Of a stretch of DNA of 64,000 nt, positions 20,786 to 39,359 are shown in pieces. The stretch is from assembly GCA_900317555.1 (NCBI GenBank), contig ONHF01000015.1, positions 6,090-70,089 on the forward strand. The letters run 5' to 3'. Position numbers and translations under genes: made by a program. Position 1 is the stretch's first letter; every line of letters starts with the position of its first letter. This DNA comes from an uncultured Lachnospiraceae bacterium. GTDB taxonomy: Bacteria > Bacillota > Clostridia > Lachnospirales > Lachnospiraceae. Under the pieces are notes generated by a model, which was given only the letters and a program-made list of their open reading frames with translations, was not told the DNA's origin and ran no database searches.

Positions 20786-21979
20786 TCACTCAAGGATCGA
20801 AACAACTCTTCCGGAGCCAACAGTACGGCCGCCTTCACGAATAGCGAAGGTAAGACCCTGCTCCATAGCTACGGGATGAATCAGTTCGATTGTCATCTCA
20901 ACGTGATCGCCGGGCATGCACATTTCTGTTCCTTCAGGAAGTGTGATAACACCGGTAACGTCTGTTGTTCTGAAATAGAACTGAGGACGATAGTTGTTGA
21001 AGAAAGGAGTATGACGGCCGCCTTCATCCTTTGTCAGAACGTAAACCTGCGCCGTGAACTTCTTGTGGCAGGTAACAGTGCCGGGCTTTGCAACAACCTG
21101 TCCACGCTCGATCGCTGTACGGTCGATACCACGAAGAAGAATACCAACGTTATCACCAGCCTCTGCGAAGTCCAGAGTCTTTCTGAACATCTCAATGCCG
21201 GTAGCAACGGAAGTCTGTGTCTCTTCCTTCAGGCCAACGATTTCTACAGGATCGTTAAGCTTAAGCATACCACGCTCTACACGGCCGGTAGCAACAGTAC
21301 CACGTCCGGAGATTGTGAATACGTCCTCGATAGGCATAAGGAACGGCTTGTCGTTATCACGTGCAGGATCCGGAATGTAAGAATCAACAGTATCCATGAG
21401 CTCCATGATCTTGTCGCCCCATTCGGACTTGGGATCTTCCAGAGCCTTCAGAGCAGAACCCTGAATAATCGGAGTCTCATCTCCCGGATAGCCGTACTCG
21501 TTCAGCAGATCTCTGATATCCATCTCTGTCAGCTCGATCAGTTCAGGATCATCCATCATATCGCACTTGTTCAGGAATACGATGATCTTCGGAACACCTA
21601 CCTGCTTAGCAAGCAGTACGTGCTCACGAGTCTGAGCCATAACACCATCGGTAGCAGCTACTACAAGGATAGCGCCATCCATCTGAGCAGCGCCGGTGAT
21701 CATGTTCTTTACATAGTCAGCGTGGCCGGGGCAGTCAACGTGCGCATAGTGTCTCTTCGCTGTCTCGTACTCGATGTGTGCGGAGTTGATGGTTATACCA
21801 CGAGCTCTTTCTTCCGGAGCCTTATCGATCTGATCGAAAGGAACAGCGGGATCTACGCCAAGTCTGTCAGCAAGTACTGCTGTGATGGCTGCAGTCAGAG
21901 TTGTCTTGCCGTGGTCAACGTGACCGATTGTGCCGATGTTAACATGCGGCTTTGTTCTGTCGAAATGCTGTTTAGCCAT
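20786..21979 (-). CDS. tuf: Elongation factor Tu
   Basis: [24 protein letters not shown]. Confidence 0.99.
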   Translation of the reverse strand: MAKQHFDRTKPHVNIGTIGHVDHGKTTLTAAITAVLADRLGVDPAVPFDQIDKAPEERARGITINSAHIEYETAKRHYAHVDCPGHADYVKNMITGAAQMDGAILVVAATDGVMAQTREHVLLAKQVGVPKIIVFLNKCDMMDDPELIELTEMDIRDLLNEYGYPGDETPIIQGSALKALEDPKSEWGDKIMELMDTVDSYIPDPARDNDKPFLMPIEDVFTISGRGTVATGRVERGMLKLNDPVEIVGLKEETQTSVATGIEMFRKTLDFAEAGDNVGILLRGIDRTAIERGQVVAKPGTVTCHKKFTAQVYVLTKDEGGRHTPFFNNYRPQFYFRTTDVTGVITLPEGTEMCMPGDHVEMTIELIHPVAMEQGLTFAIREGGRTVGSGRVVSILE

Positions 21980-22077
21980 TTTTATTTCCTCCTAAAGAAA
22001 TAATAATAGTGTTAAATCGCCAGTGACTGAAGACCTTGCGGTCGACATGCACTGTCGAAAATCAGTCACTAGCATTT

Positions 22078-22106
22078 ATTATACCCAATTGCACCTGCTA
22101 AAGCAA
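22078..22106 (-). promoter_or_regulatory. Internal SigA promoter for tuf
   Basis: TTGCTT-17 bp-TATAAT on minus strand. Confidence 0.75.
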
Positions 22107-22143
22107 GCACAGGGATTGTTTTTGCTCACAGAGAAAGCAGGGT

Positions 22144-24285
22144 TTACTTGTTCTCCTTGGCCTTGGAATCCAGGACCTTGTCAGCAACATTCTTCGGAAC
22201 CGGCTCATACTTCTCAAAGAACATGGAGTAGTTGCCGCGTCCCTGCGTCATGGAACGCAGATCCGTTGCGTAACCGAACATCTCCGCAAGCGGTACAAAG
22301 CCATTTACCTGCTTGCCGCCCGGAATGTCTTCCATACCCGTGACACGGCCGCGTCTGGAGTTCATATCTCCGATAACGTCGCCCATGTATTCCTCAGGCA
22401 TTGTTACCTCAACCTTCATGATCGGCTCAAGAAGAACAGGTGCAGCCTTCGCCATCGCTTCCTTGAAGCACATGGAACCGGCAATATGGAATGCCATTTC
22501 CGAAGAGTCGACTTCATGGTAGGAACCATCATAGACAGTAGCCTTGATGCCGACAACCGGATATCCGCCGAGAGAACCGGTTTTCATGGCTTCCTCAATA
22601 CCTTCGCCAACTGCGGGAATATATTCCTTCGGGATGTTGCCGCCCGTTACCTCGTTCTCGAAATCGTACTCCTGCTCGCCGTTCGGATCCATAGGCTCGA
22701 ACTTGACTTTGCAGTGTCCGTACTGACCGCGGCCGCCGGACTGCTTCGCGTACTTGTATTCCTGGTCAACAGGTTTTGTAAATGTCTCGCGGTATGCAAC
22801 CTGCGGAGCGCCGACATTTGCTTCTACGTGGAACTCACGCAGCAGTCTGTCAACGATAATCTCCAGATGCAGCTCACCCATGCCGGCAATAATTGTCTGG
22901 CCTGTCTCGGAATTTGTGTGTGCCTTGAATGTAGGATCTTCTTCAGACAGCTTCTGGAGCGCGTCCGTCAGCTTGTCCTGTCCTGCCTTCGTCTTGGGCT
23001 CGATCGCAAGTTCGATAACGGGATCCGGGAATTCCATCGACTCCAGAATAACCGGTGCGCTGTCGTCGCAGAGTGTATCACCGGTACCGGTTACCTTCAG
23101 GCCAACCGCAGCGGCGATATCACCGGAGAATACTTCGTCGATTTCCTTTCTCTTATTTGCGTGCATCTGCAGGAGACGCCCGATTCTTTCCTTCTTATCC
23201 TTCGTGGAATTCAGAACATAAGAGCCGGCCTTGCAAGTACCGGAATATATTCTCATGAATGCAAGCTTTCCAACGAAAGGATCGGAAATAATCTTGAACG
23301 CAAGAGCGGAAAATGGCTCACTGTCAGAAGAATGTCTCTCAACTTCGTTGCCGTCAAGATCTGTGCCTTTGATCGCCGGTACGTCCAGCGGAGAAGGCAT
23401 ATACTCGATAACAGCATCGAGGCACTTCTGTACGCCTTTGTTCTTGTAAGCGGAGCCGCAGCATACCGGTACTGCTCTTCCCTCACAGGTAGCCTTCCGC
23501 AGAGCTGCTTTGAGCTCGGGAACGGTTACAGCTTCCTCGCCGCCTTCCAGGAACTTCTCGGTCAGATCATCATCGAGCTCGCAGATCTGTTCGATCATCT
23601 GCTCGTGATACATCTGTGCTTCATCCTTAAGATCGTCCGGAACAGCCGTGATTTCAATGTCCGTTCCATCATCGTTCTTATAGTAATAAGCGTCCATCTC
23701 GAACAGATCAATCAGTCCGATATAGGAATCTTCCTTGCCAATCGGAATGTTGATCATAACCGGGTTCTTGCCCAGTCTGTTCTTGATTTGGTCAACGCAG
23801 CCGTAATAGTCTGCGCCGATGACATCCATCTTGTTGACGAATGCCATACGGGGTACGTTGTACTTATCTGCCTGGCGCCATACATTTTCGGACTGGGGTT
23901 CAACGCCGCCCTTTGCGGAGAATACGCCTACAGCGCCGTCCAGTACACGCAGCGATCTCTCTACCTCAACGGTAAAGTCTACGTGGCCGGGAGTATCAAT
24001 AATATTGATACGGTGCTCAAGAGCACCAGCTTTCTTCTTATGGTGATCCTCCAGTGTCCAGTGGCATGTTGTAGCCGCGGACGTGATGGTGATACCACGC
24101 TCCTGCTCCTGCTCCATGTAGTCCATGGTAGCAGTGCCGTCGTGCGTCTCGCCAATCTTATAGTTAACACCGGTATAATACAGGATACGCTCTGTCAGAG
24201 TCGTCTTGCCTGCATCGATATGCGCCATGATACCGATGTTCCTGGTTCTTTCCAGGGGATATTCTCTATGATCTGCTTGTGCCAC
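22144..24285 (-). CDS. fusA: Elongation factor G
   Basis: [22 protein letters not shown]; GTG start. Confidence 0.99.
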   Translation of the reverse strand: MAQADHREYPLERTRNIGIMAHIDAGKTTLTERILYYTGVNYKIGETHDGTATMDYMEQEQERGITITSAATTCHWTLEDHHKKKAGALEHRINIIDTPGHVDFTVEVERSLRVLDGAVGVFSAKGGVEPQSENVWRQADKYNVPRMAFVNKMDVIGADYYGCVDQIKNRLGKNPVMINIPIGKEDSYIGLIDLFEMDAYYYKNDDGTDIEITAVPDDLKDEAQMYHEQMIEQICELDDDLTEKFLEGGEEAVTVPELKAALRKATCEGRAVPVCCGSAYKNKGVQKCLDAVIEYMPSPLDVPAIKGTDLDGNEVERHSSDSEPFSALAFKIISDPFVGKLAFMRIYSGTCKAGSYVLNSTKDKKERIGRLLQMHANKRKEIDEVFSGDIAAAVGLKVTGTGDTLCDDSAPVILESMEFPDPVIELAIEPKTKAGQDKLTDALQKLSEEDPTFKAHTNSETGQTIIAGMGELHLEIIVDRLLREFHVEANVGAPQVAYRETFTKPVDQEYKYAKQSGGRGQYGHCKVKFEPMDPNGEQEYDFENEVTGGNIPKEYIPAVGEGIEEAMKTGSLGGYPVVGIKATVYDGSYHEVDSSEMAFHIAGSMCFKEAMAKAAPVLLEPIMKVEVTMPEEYMGDVIGDMNSRRGRVTGMEDIPGGKQVNGFVPLAEMFGYATDLRSMTQGRGNYSMFFEKYEPVPKNVADKVLDSKAKENK

Positions 24286-24334
24286 AGGTTTTCCTCCTAA
24301 TTAAGACGCGTTGCAAAAGGTCCCCGCCATCGCA

Positions 24335-24805
24335 TCAGAAACGATAGTGAGAGAAAGCCTTGTTTGCATCTGCCATCTTGTGCATGTCTTCCTTACGTTT
24401 TACGGAAGCGCCCGTGTTGTTGTAAGCATCAAGAAGCTCTCCGGCAAGCTTGTCTTCCATGGTCTTCTCGCCTCTCTTACGGGAGAACATTGCGATCCAG
24501 CGAAGAGCCAGCGCCTGTCTTCTATCCGGTCTGACTTCAATCGGTACCTGATATGTGGCACCGCCGATACGTCTCGCCTTGACTTCGAGAACAGGCATGA
24601 TGTTGTTCATAGCCCCCTCGAAAACTTCGAGAGCGGGCTTGCCTGATTTCTCTTCCATCTTTGCAAAAGCTCCGTATACAATCTTCTGCGCTACACCTTT
24701 CTTACCATCAAGCATGATGGCATTAATCAGCTTGGTAACGACTTTGTTGTTGTATAAGGGGTCTGCAAGTACATCTCTTTTCTGTACATGTCCTTTACGC
24801 GGCAT
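24335..24805 (-). CDS. rpsG: 30S ribosomal protein S7
   Basis: [16 protein letters not shown]. Confidence 0.99.
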   Translation of the reverse strand: MPRKGHVQKRDVLADPLYNNKVVTKLINAIMLDGKKGVAQKIVYGAFAKMEEKSGKPALEVFEGAMNNIMPVLEVKARRIGGATYQVPIEVRPDRRQALALRWIAMFSRKRGEKTMEDKLAGELLDAYNNTGASVKRKEDMHKMADANKAFSHYRF

Positions 24806-24985
24806 GATACTTCCCTCCTTATCAATGGATAATTCATCGGTACTCACTATAATGCTGTGTCCATGCTGTAGTCTATCTTCGATAATCCGTCCGTTTCCTG
24901 TTCAAAACACGGAAAGGACCGCGTAAATTTCCGTACAGAAATCCTATCGCAAATAGAATCCAACATTCTGTTACATTAGAGAGTA

Positions 24986-25405
24986 TTACTTACCAGCCTT
25001 AGGTCTCTTAGCGCCATATTTGGAGCGAGCCTGCTTGCGGTTTGCAACACCTGCTGTATCCAGTGTGCCACGAATGATGTGGTATCTGGTACCGGGCAGA
25101 TCCTTAACTCTTCCTCCTCTGATCATTACAACAGAGTGCTCCTGCAGATTGTGACCTTCGCCGGGAATGTAGGATGTAACTTCCATTCCGTTGGAAAGAC
25201 GTACTCTGGCAATCTTACGAAGAGCGGAGTTAGGCTTCTTAGGGGTTGCTGTCTTAACAGCGGTGCAGACACCACGCTTCTGGGGAGCGGACTGTCCGAT
25301 AGTTTTCTTCTTAAGACTGTTGAAACCTACCTGCAGAGCCGGAGCCTTCGACTTCTTCGTGGAAACCTGACGTCCCTTTCTAACTAACTGGTTAAATGTC
25401 GGCAT
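24986..25405 (-). CDS. rpsL: 30S ribosomal protein S12
   Basis: [20 protein letters not shown]. Confidence 0.99.
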   Translation of the reverse strand: MPTFNQLVRKGRQVSTKKSKAPALQVGFNSLKKKTIGQSAPQKRGVCTAVKTATPKKPNSALRKIARVRLSNGMEVTSYIPGEGHNLQEHSVVMIRGGRVKDLPGTRYHIIRGTLDTAGVANRKQARSKYGAKRPKAGK

Positions 25406-25577
25406 TCTATTTCACCTCCTTGCCAAATTTGAATTAATCCCGCTCCTTAACCTGAAACAGGATTATCATTACAGTCTTCCGGCCTGTCCGGACCGCTTTC
25501 GCGTTTTGTACAGACGCAGAAGAACGGTGTGCTTTTTCAGCACACCGTTCTAATATTAAACATGCAAGTCCTGCTTG

Positions 25578-29393
<3,816 letters not shown>

Positions 29394-29488
29394 TCTACCC
29401 TCAATTCTGCTGCGGTGCAGCTTGATTTCCGTCTCATCCGCGTATACCTTCGCGGATGAGATATGTGGTTGCTTCAGTCATGTGCGGA

Positions 29489-33403
<3,915 letters not shown>

Positions 33404-33647
33404 CAATTCACCTCGTTCTGTTGAATCTGTAGGATCGCGGGGAAATAAGGATGTGGTACCAGATCGGAATAATGCGCAAAACAGCACAGTCCCCTGTGCT
33501 CTCCTGCCGTGTGTCCTGTTCCCTTCGCTCTCCTTGGTATGTGTTAGTCAGTAACCACCATATTTGCCTTATCCGCTGCTTTCTCTTCCGGAACTTAATC
33601 CTTAAGGAGAGCATAGTAGGGCATAATTGCAGAACATAGCGCATACT

Positions 33648-33676
33648 ATAATACGTAAAAGCGAATCAATTGTCAA
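33648..33676 (-). promoter_or_regulatory. SigA promoter for rpoBC
   Basis: TTGACA-17 bp-TATTAT on minus strand. Confidence 0.8.
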
Positions 33677-33680
33677 TAAC

Positions 33681-34202
33681 TTATGAAAATTTTCTCTGAA
33701 TTTGCCGGAGTGCCGCGGAAAGTGGCTTGAAAAGAATCAGGGAGAGAGTAAAATTTCCGGCTCCATGAAGAATGTCAAACGGAATACCGGAAATCCACCA
33801 GCCGAGCGCGCCGGACGGCCCGCTCGTAAATATGTAAACAATCGAGCAAAGCAGCCCGAAGAACAGTCCGAAGGCGCCGGAGAAAACGCAATAAACAATA
33901 TACCCTTCCTCCCAGCCGGCTTTTCTGCGGATCAAAAGTACCAGCAGCACTTCGAGAGGCCAGATATACAAATACATGAAATTCCATAGTCCTGCGCCAA
34001 AGACAAGGCACTCAACACCGGTGAAGGCGAATGCGGCGAGCAGTGTTTTGGCCCCGTAGAACAACGTAAACAGGATAAACAGCAATGTTACCAGCTCAAT
34101 GTTCGGAAGGAATTCGAGCGCGCGTTTCACCGCCTCCAGCATTGCCAGCATCATACCTAGTACCGCGATATCCCGGATCGTGATCCGGCACCTCTTATGC
34201 AT
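33681..34202 (-). CDS. ECF transporter S-component-like membrane protein (CbrT-like)
   Basis: ~173 aa, several TM segments, LPNIELVT and PFDILHG.GN motifs. Confidence 0.7.
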   Translation of the reverse strand: MHKRCRITIRDIAVLGMMLAMLEAVKRALEFLPNIELVTLLFILFTLFYGAKTLLAAFAFTGVECLVFGAGLWNFMYLYIWPLEVLLVLLIRRKAGWEEGYIVYCVFSGAFGLFFGLLCSIVYIFTSGPSGALGWWISGIPFDILHGAGNFTLSLILFKPLSAALRQIQRKFS

Positions 34203-34215
34203 CCAAGGCCTCCGG

Positions 34216-34671
34216 TCACTTGCTCACTTCGTACTTGAGCTCGAATTTGTCGCCGTCATTGACCGGCTGAGTATCAGCACCGTTCTGCGCGTACTCACCG
34301 TCCACGTAAATAGCCCAGTATGCATGATCTTTATCGTAATCCGCAGTCAGCCCGTTGACTGTATTAATGAAAAGCCCGTACTGTCCTTCCGACCCTTCAT
34401 AGGAAAATTCCTGTGTCTGGTCGGCAGAAAGTTCATCCATCAGCTGTCGCAGATATTCCGCATCGGTTGAGCATTCATATGTCTTCGAAGTGCCGCTGTC
34501 ATCGGTTACGGTCAGTGAGCACTCTTTGCTGCCCTTCTGCACATTCTTTGCCGAAGCAAAATGAAAAACAAGCGCAAGCACAGCTGCGGCAGCCAGAAGC
34601 AGGCAGACAAGGAGGATGCTTTTCTTATGTTTTGTTTTATTGTTTGTTGTACCAGCAGTATTTTCTGTCAT
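34216..34671 (-). CDS. DUF4430 (transcobalamin C-terminal-like) membrane-anchored protein
   Basis: N-terminal TM; YGLFINTVNG, YWAIYVDGEYAQNGAD..VNDGD motif. Confidence 0.8.
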   Translation of the reverse strand: MTENTAGTTNNKTKHKKSILLVCLLLAAAAVLALVFHFASAKNVQKGSKECSLTVTDDSGTSKTYECSTDAEYLRQLMDELSADQTQEFSYEGSEGQYGLFINTVNGLTADYDKDHAYWAIYVDGEYAQNGADTQPVNDGDKFELKYEVSK

Positions 34672-34771
34672 AACAGTTCATCCCTTCGTGCTGTTGAATA
34701 TAGATGTATAAAGCAAATCCCCTGTCGGCAGACACCGGCAGGGGAGATTTCGCGTTAAGATAAACGCCGGA

Positions 34772-35143
34772 TTACTTAAGAGTAACCTTAGCGCCTTCAG
34801 CCTCAAGCTTAGCCTTGAGATCGTCAGCATCCTTCTTGGGAAGAGCTTCCTTGATAACCTTCGGAGCACCTTCAACAAGGTCCTTGGACTCCTTCAGGCC
34901 AAGGCCGGTAGCTTCACGAACGACCTTGATGATCTTGATCTTGTTCGGGCCTACTTCTGTAAGCTCTACATCGAACTCGGTCTTCTCTTCTTCTGCCGGG
35001 CCGGCTGCGGGTCCTGCTACAACAACGCCTGCTGCAGCGGATACACCGAATTCATCTTCAACAGCCTTTACCAGATCGTTCAGTTCAAGAACGGATAACT
35101 CTTTGATTGCGTCAAGGATTTCCTGTGTGGATAACTTTGCCAT
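34772..35143 (-). CDS. rplL: 50S ribosomal protein L7/L12
   Basis: [25 protein letters not shown]. Confidence 0.99.
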   Translation of the reverse strand: MAKLSTQEILDAIKELSVLELNDLVKAVEDEFGVSAAAGVVVAGPAAGPAEEEKTEFDVELTEVGPNKIKIIKVVREATGLGLKESKDLVEGAPKVIKEALPKKDADDLKAKLEAEGAKVTLK

Positions 35144-35239
35144 CTTTATGACCTCCATCATATTTGTTGTACTGCATCTGCGGTTCGCAGATCTGTCTGT
35201 ATTTCATACCGGCCTTGCGCCGGCATCAGGGCGCAGAAA

Positions 35240-35785
35240 TTATTCTGCAGCCGGTGCTTCTGCCTCTGCAGGAGCTTCTGCGGGAGCTGCCTCGCCGCCT
35301 TCTGCCTTCTTCTCCGCAACCTGCTTGATATCGCGGGCGAAGTTGGTGATCGGTGCCTGCAGGCTTCCAAGCAGCTTGGAAAGGAGCTCTTCCCTTGAAG
35401 GAATCTTGGAGATCGGCTCCAGTCCCTTCGCGTCATAAGCCTTTCCTTCTACAACACCGGCCTTTACCTCAAGATTCTTCGCCTTCTCGGCGAACTTGTA
35501 GAGAATTCTGGCAGGTGCTGTCGCGTCATCCTTGGAGATCGCGATTGCGCTGGGTCCTTCAAGGTATTCGTCAAGCTGAGCGAAATCTGTACCGTCGAAA
35601 GCCTTCTTCATATAAGTGTTCTTGTAAACCTTATACTGAATGCCGGCTTCGCGAAGCTGTTTACGCAGCTGCGTATCCTCAACGACCGTAAGTCCTCTTG
35701 CGTCTACAAGAACAACTGACTGCGCGTCTTTGATCTTCTCGGAAATCTCGTCGATAATCGGCTTCTTTTCCTCGATCTTTGCCAT
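35240..35785 (-). CDS. rplJ: 50S ribosomal protein L10
   Basis: RGLTV, KVYKNT, IPSREELL. Confidence 0.99.
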   Translation of the reverse strand: MAKIEEKKPIIDEISEKIKDAQSVVLVDARGLTVVEDTQLRKQLREAGIQYKVYKNTYMKKAFDGTDFAQLDEYLEGPSAIAISKDDATAPARILYKFAEKAKNLEVKAGVVEGKAYDAKGLEPISKIPSREELLSKLLGSLQAPITNFARDIKQVAEKKAEGGEAAPAEAPAEAEAPAAE

Positions 35786-35834
35786 GTCTTACCTCCTTGT
35801 AAATTTTTATTGCTACAGCGGAAGGGATAAGAAA

Positions 35835-35962
35835 TGAAAATCCCTCTGCCATGAAGACAGAGGGAATAAAATCAATCTCCTTCATCCTCGGCGGGCGGTC
35901 CATAAGGACTCTTACAAAACCTTTCGGCTTTACCAGCTGTCTTCGGCTGCGGTCAAACGACC
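35835..35962 (-). promoter_or_regulatory. L10 leader (autogenous attenuator)
   Basis: CCGAAGACAGCUGG...CCCGCCGAGG followed by hairpin CCCUCUGUC/GGCAGAGGG and U-tract; promoter TTGACA-17-TACTAT at 35969-35997. Confidence 0.85.
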
Positions 35963-36005
35963 TTTTGTATAGTATGACAGAGTTTGCACTCTGTCAACAC
36001 TTTTA

Positions 36006-36695
36006 TCAATATCTGTTCGCTACGATCTTAATGCCGGGGCCCATGGTTGTTGCCATGGAAATGCTCTTCAGATACTGACCCTTTACAGTGGAAGGCTTTG
36101 CCTTGGCAATTGCTCCCATCAGGGCATTGAAGTTGCTCATCAGCTGCTCTTCCGTGAAGGAAGCCTTGCCGATTGTTACATGAATAATGTTTGCCTTGTC
36201 AAGTCTGTACTCAACCTGGCCGGCCTTAATATCATTGACAGCCTTTGTTACGTCCATCGTAACAGTGCCTGCCTTCGGGTTCGGCATAAGGCCTTTCGGT
36301 CCGAGAACCTTACCGAGACGTCCTACAACGCTCATCATATCGGGTGTTGCAACAACAACGTCAAAATCAAGCCAGCCTTCCTTCTGAATCTTCGGAAGGA
36401 GTTCCTCAGCGCCTACATAGTCAGCGCCGGCTGCAAGAGCCTCATCCGCCTTTGCGCCTCTCGCAAATACAAGCACGCGGATCTTCTTGCCGGTGCCGGC
36501 AGGAAGAACTACAGAACCGCGGATCTGCTGGTCCGCGTGACGGGAATCGCAGCTTGTGCGGATATTCAGTTCAACAGACTCATCAAACTTCGCTGTTGCT
36601 GTCTTCTTGACAAGAGCTACTGCCTCTTCAGCCTCGTAAAGCTTGGACTTATCGATGAGCTTAGCAGCCTCTACATATTTCTTACCGTGCTTCAT
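36006..36695 (-). CDS. rplA: 50S ribosomal protein L1
   Basis: [16 protein letters not shown]. Confidence 0.99.
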   Translation of the reverse strand: MKHGKKYVEAAKLIDKSKLYEAEEAVALVKKTATAKFDESVELNIRTSCDSRHADQQIRGSVVLPAGTGKKIRVLVFARGAKADEALAAGADYVGAEELLPKIQKEGWLDFDVVVATPDMMSVVGRLGKVLGPKGLMPNPKAGTVTMDVTKAVNDIKAGQVEYRLDKANIIHVTIGKASFTEEQLMSNFNALMGAIAKAKPSTVKGQYLKSISMATTMGPGIKIVANRY

Positions 36696-36709
36696 TGTAA
36701 ATCCTCCTT

Positions 36710-37135
36710 TTACTCTGTTACCGTGATGCCCATGGAACGAGCCGTTCCTTCGATCATGCTCATTGCAGCTTCGATTGATGCTGCATTCAGATCGGGCATC
36801 TTCTTCTCGGCGATCTCTCTCACCTGTGCCTTGGTTACAGAAGCAACCTTGGTCTTGTTCGGTTCGCCGGAAGCCTTCTGGATACCTGCCGCCTTCTTCA
36901 GAAGAACAGCTGCAGGCGGAGTCTTTGTGATGAAGCTGAAGCTTCTGTCCGCATAAACAGTAATGACAACGGGAATAACAACGTCGCCTTCATTTGCTGT
37001 CTTCGCGTTGAACTGCTTCGTGAATTCAACAATGTTGACACCGTGCTGTCCGAGTGCAGGTCCAACCGGCGGTGCGGGTGTAGCTTTGCCGGCCTGAATC
37101 TGTAATTTGATGTAACCTGATACTTTCTTAGCCAT
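36710..37135 (-). CDS. rplK: 50S ribosomal protein L11
   Basis: [15 protein letters not shown]. Confidence 0.99.
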   Translation of the reverse strand: MAKKVSGYIKLQIQAGKATPAPPVGPALGQHGVNIVEFTKQFNAKTANEGDVVIPVVITVYADRSFSFITKTPPAAVLLKKAAGIQKASGEPNKTKVASVTKAQVREIAEKKMPDLNAASIEAAMSMIEGTARSMGITVTE

Positions 37136-37302
37136 TTTTTCCTCCTTTTGTGGTGGTGCGGGTCCGTTTCCGGGCTGAAAACGCTGTTACAAAGCATCGC
37201 AGCGTTCCGCATATATGTCGCAGGCGGCCTGCCTGCTCCCACTGCTTGCCATACGGCAACTCTATCAATCTATCACCGCAGTGATCGATTTACAACAATG
37301 AA

Positions 37303-38067
37303 TTATTCCGCCTTGCGGACTTCCGTGCACGGAATCTCCACAGGCGTCTCTCTGCCGAACAGTTCGATCGAAATCGTAACCGATCTCTTTTCCGCATCGA
37401 CTTTGGTAACAGTGCCCAGTGTATCTTTCCAGATGCCGGCCACAACCTTGACGGAATCGCCCTCTTTGAATCCGATCGAAGCAGGGCTCTTCAGATCGCG
37501 TCCCTCAAGCTTGGCAACTTCCTCCTCGCTCAGGGCAACCGGCTTAGATCCCGGGCCGACAAAACCAGTCACGCCGCGCGTATTGCGGACAACGTACCAG
37601 GTTTCATCATCCATGATCATCAGAATCAGCACATAGCCCGGAACCATCTTTCTGGATACAGTCTTCGTCTTTCCGTTTCTGGTTTCGGTCTCTTCCTCCA
37701 TGGGAATTCTGACCTCAAGGATGCGGTTCTCCATATGACGGTTCTCACGCACCTTGTCAAGACTGATCTTGACCTGATTCTCATATCCGGAATATGTGTG
37801 TGCCACATACCACTTCGGCACATCCGAAATTGCGTCCTCGTCGAGCTGATTGCCTTCTCCTTCCGAAGACTGGCTGTCAAGGCTCTTTGAAATCAGAGAA
37901 ACATCTTCTCCGGCCTCATCCTGCCTGAGTACCCGCTCAGCGACGCGCTCCGCTTCGTTCTTCTCAATGCTGGCGGCGTCACGGCTGAAATCGGCAGTAT
38001 CTCCGCCCGGCAGATCCGGGAACGAACCCAGCTTGATGCGGGCTGTCGCCTTCTTCTTTTCTTCCAT
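37303..38067 (-). CDS. nusG: Transcription factor NusG with acidic N-terminal extension
   Basis: KWYVAHTYSGYE, VRNTRGVTGFVG, FGRETPVE; GAGGTG SD before MEEKKK. Confidence 0.95.
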   Translation of the reverse strand: MEEKKKATARIKLGSFPDLPGGDTADFSRDAASIEKNEAERVAERVLRQDEAGEDVSLISKSLDSQSSEGEGNQLDEDAISDVPKWYVAHTYSGYENQVKISLDKVRENRHMENRILEVRIPMEEETETRNGKTKTVSRKMVPGYVLILMIMDDETWYVVRNTRGVTGFVGPGSKPVALSEEEVAKLEGRDLKSPASIGFKEGDSVKVVAGIWKDTLGTVTKVDAEKRSVTISIELFGRETPVEIPCTEVRKAE

Positions 38068-38152
38068 TTTCACCTCTTCCTGCCGCATGCCTGCGCAGCG
38101 GCTCTCCCCGCAAAGTCAAATGCTCATCCGCATCCCGCTTCTGCGAAAAGCT

Positions 38153-38392
38153 TCAGGCCTGAAACGTTGTGAGAAAATCGATCAGATTCTGGAATCCGAA
38201 GTCAACCAGTGCGATAACTGCTCCCGTAATAACGGATACGACAAGAACAGCCAAAAGCTGCTTGACGATTGTATCGCGATCCGGCCAGATAATCTTCTTG
38301 TATTCAGCCTTGACCCCGTTCCAAAAAGAAGCAGCCCTTTTGCCAAAGCCGTCCTTTTTGGGAGCTGTGGTCTTTGTCTCTACCTCTCCCAT
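38153..38392 (-). CDS. secE: Preprotein translocase SecE
   Basis: EYKKIIWP motif plus one TM; between rpmG and nusG. Confidence 0.95.
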   Translation of the reverse strand: MGEVETKTTAPKKDGFGKRAASFWNGVKAEYKKIIWPDRDTIVKQLLAVLVVSVITGAVIALVDFGFQNLIDFLTTFQA

Positions 38393-38423
38393 GTTTCCTC
38401 CAGCACTTCTCAAATAAAAAGAA

Positions 38424-38573
38424 TTACTTGGTCTCCTTATGAAGTGTATGCTTCCTGCAGAATCTGCAGTACTTCATAATTTCCATGCGATCGGGATGGT
38501 TCTTCTTGTCCTTCGTGGTATTATAGTTGCGGCGCTTGCATTCTGTGCATGCCAGTGTAATTCTTGTACGCAT
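38424..38573 (-). CDS. rpmG: 50S ribosomal protein L33 (Zn-binding form; not in ORF track)
   Basis: Manual translation [49 protein letters not shown]. Confidence 0.98.
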   Translation of the reverse strand: MRTRITLACTECKRRNYNTTKDKKNHPDRMEIMKYCRFCRKHTLHKETK

Positions 38574-38756
38574 AGTACTGTACCTCCAAAAATGAATGAC
38601 TATACTCGGTAATCGGCAGAATCACAGGTTCTGCCTCCCGCTTCCTCATGAAGGTCTTCTAAAAATAAGCATAAAAAAAAGACCTTCACAATCTCTTGAG
38701 TAGATTAGCACAATAAAAGGCAGAAAGTCAAGGTGTTTTACATAAAGGAGTCCAAC

Positions 38757-39281
38757 ATGCAGAAATCAGACGAAAGAAGAGCGTCCCTGCTGGCCGATCT
38801 TGCATCCGCGGAGGGCCCGCTCTCCGCATCCAGACTCGCCGCAAGGTACAATGTCAGCCGTCAGATCATCGTCGGCGACATCGCACTGCTCCGAGCGTCG
38901 GGAGAGGATATCACGGCAACGCCAAGGGGCTATATCCTGAAGCAGGCTCCAGGCGGTATCATCCGCCGCCTTGCCTGTGTCCATACGCCGGAGCAGATGG
39001 AAGATGAACTGAATATTATGGTAGACAACGGCATCACCGTCGAAAATGTGATTGTCGAACACCCGGTATACGGTCAGCTCACCGGGCAGCTGCATCTGTC
39101 GAGCCGCTACGATGTCCGGCAGTTCATGCAGCGGCTCGGGAATTCCAGCGCTGCACCACTGTCCGACCTGACAGGCGGTGTCCATCTGCACACGCTTCTT
39201 TGCAATGACGAAGCCGCTTTTATCCGCGTGAAGAACGCGCTTGCCGGGAAAGGCTATCTTTACAGCGAAGAATCCTGTTGA
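38757..39281 (+). CDS. niaR: Niacin-responsive repressor NiaR (HTH + 3H domain)
   Basis: VSRQIIVGDIALLRA, EHPVYG, LT.GVHLHT. Confidence 0.93.
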   Translation: MQKSDERRASLLADLASAEGPLSASRLAARYNVSRQIIVGDIALLRASGEDITATPRGYILKQAPGGIIRRLACVHTPEQMEDELNIMVDNGITVENVIVEHPVYGQLTGQLHLSSRYDVRQFMQRLGNSSAAPLSDLTGGVHLHTLLCNDEAAFIRVKNALAGKGYLYSEESC

Positions 39282-39340
39282 CAAGGCGGCGCCGGACTTG
39301 CATAATGAAGAGCGTTGCATGTGTCTTGACACCTATATAT
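39278..39340 (+). promoter_or_regulatory. SigA promoter plus NiaR operator
   Basis: TTGACA(39278)-17 bp-CATAAT(39301); palindrome GTGTCTTGACAC at 39321-39332 matches the NiaR box GTGTCnnGACAC. Confidence 0.85.
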
Positions 39341-39359
39341 ACACAAAGGAGCTGTCTTA

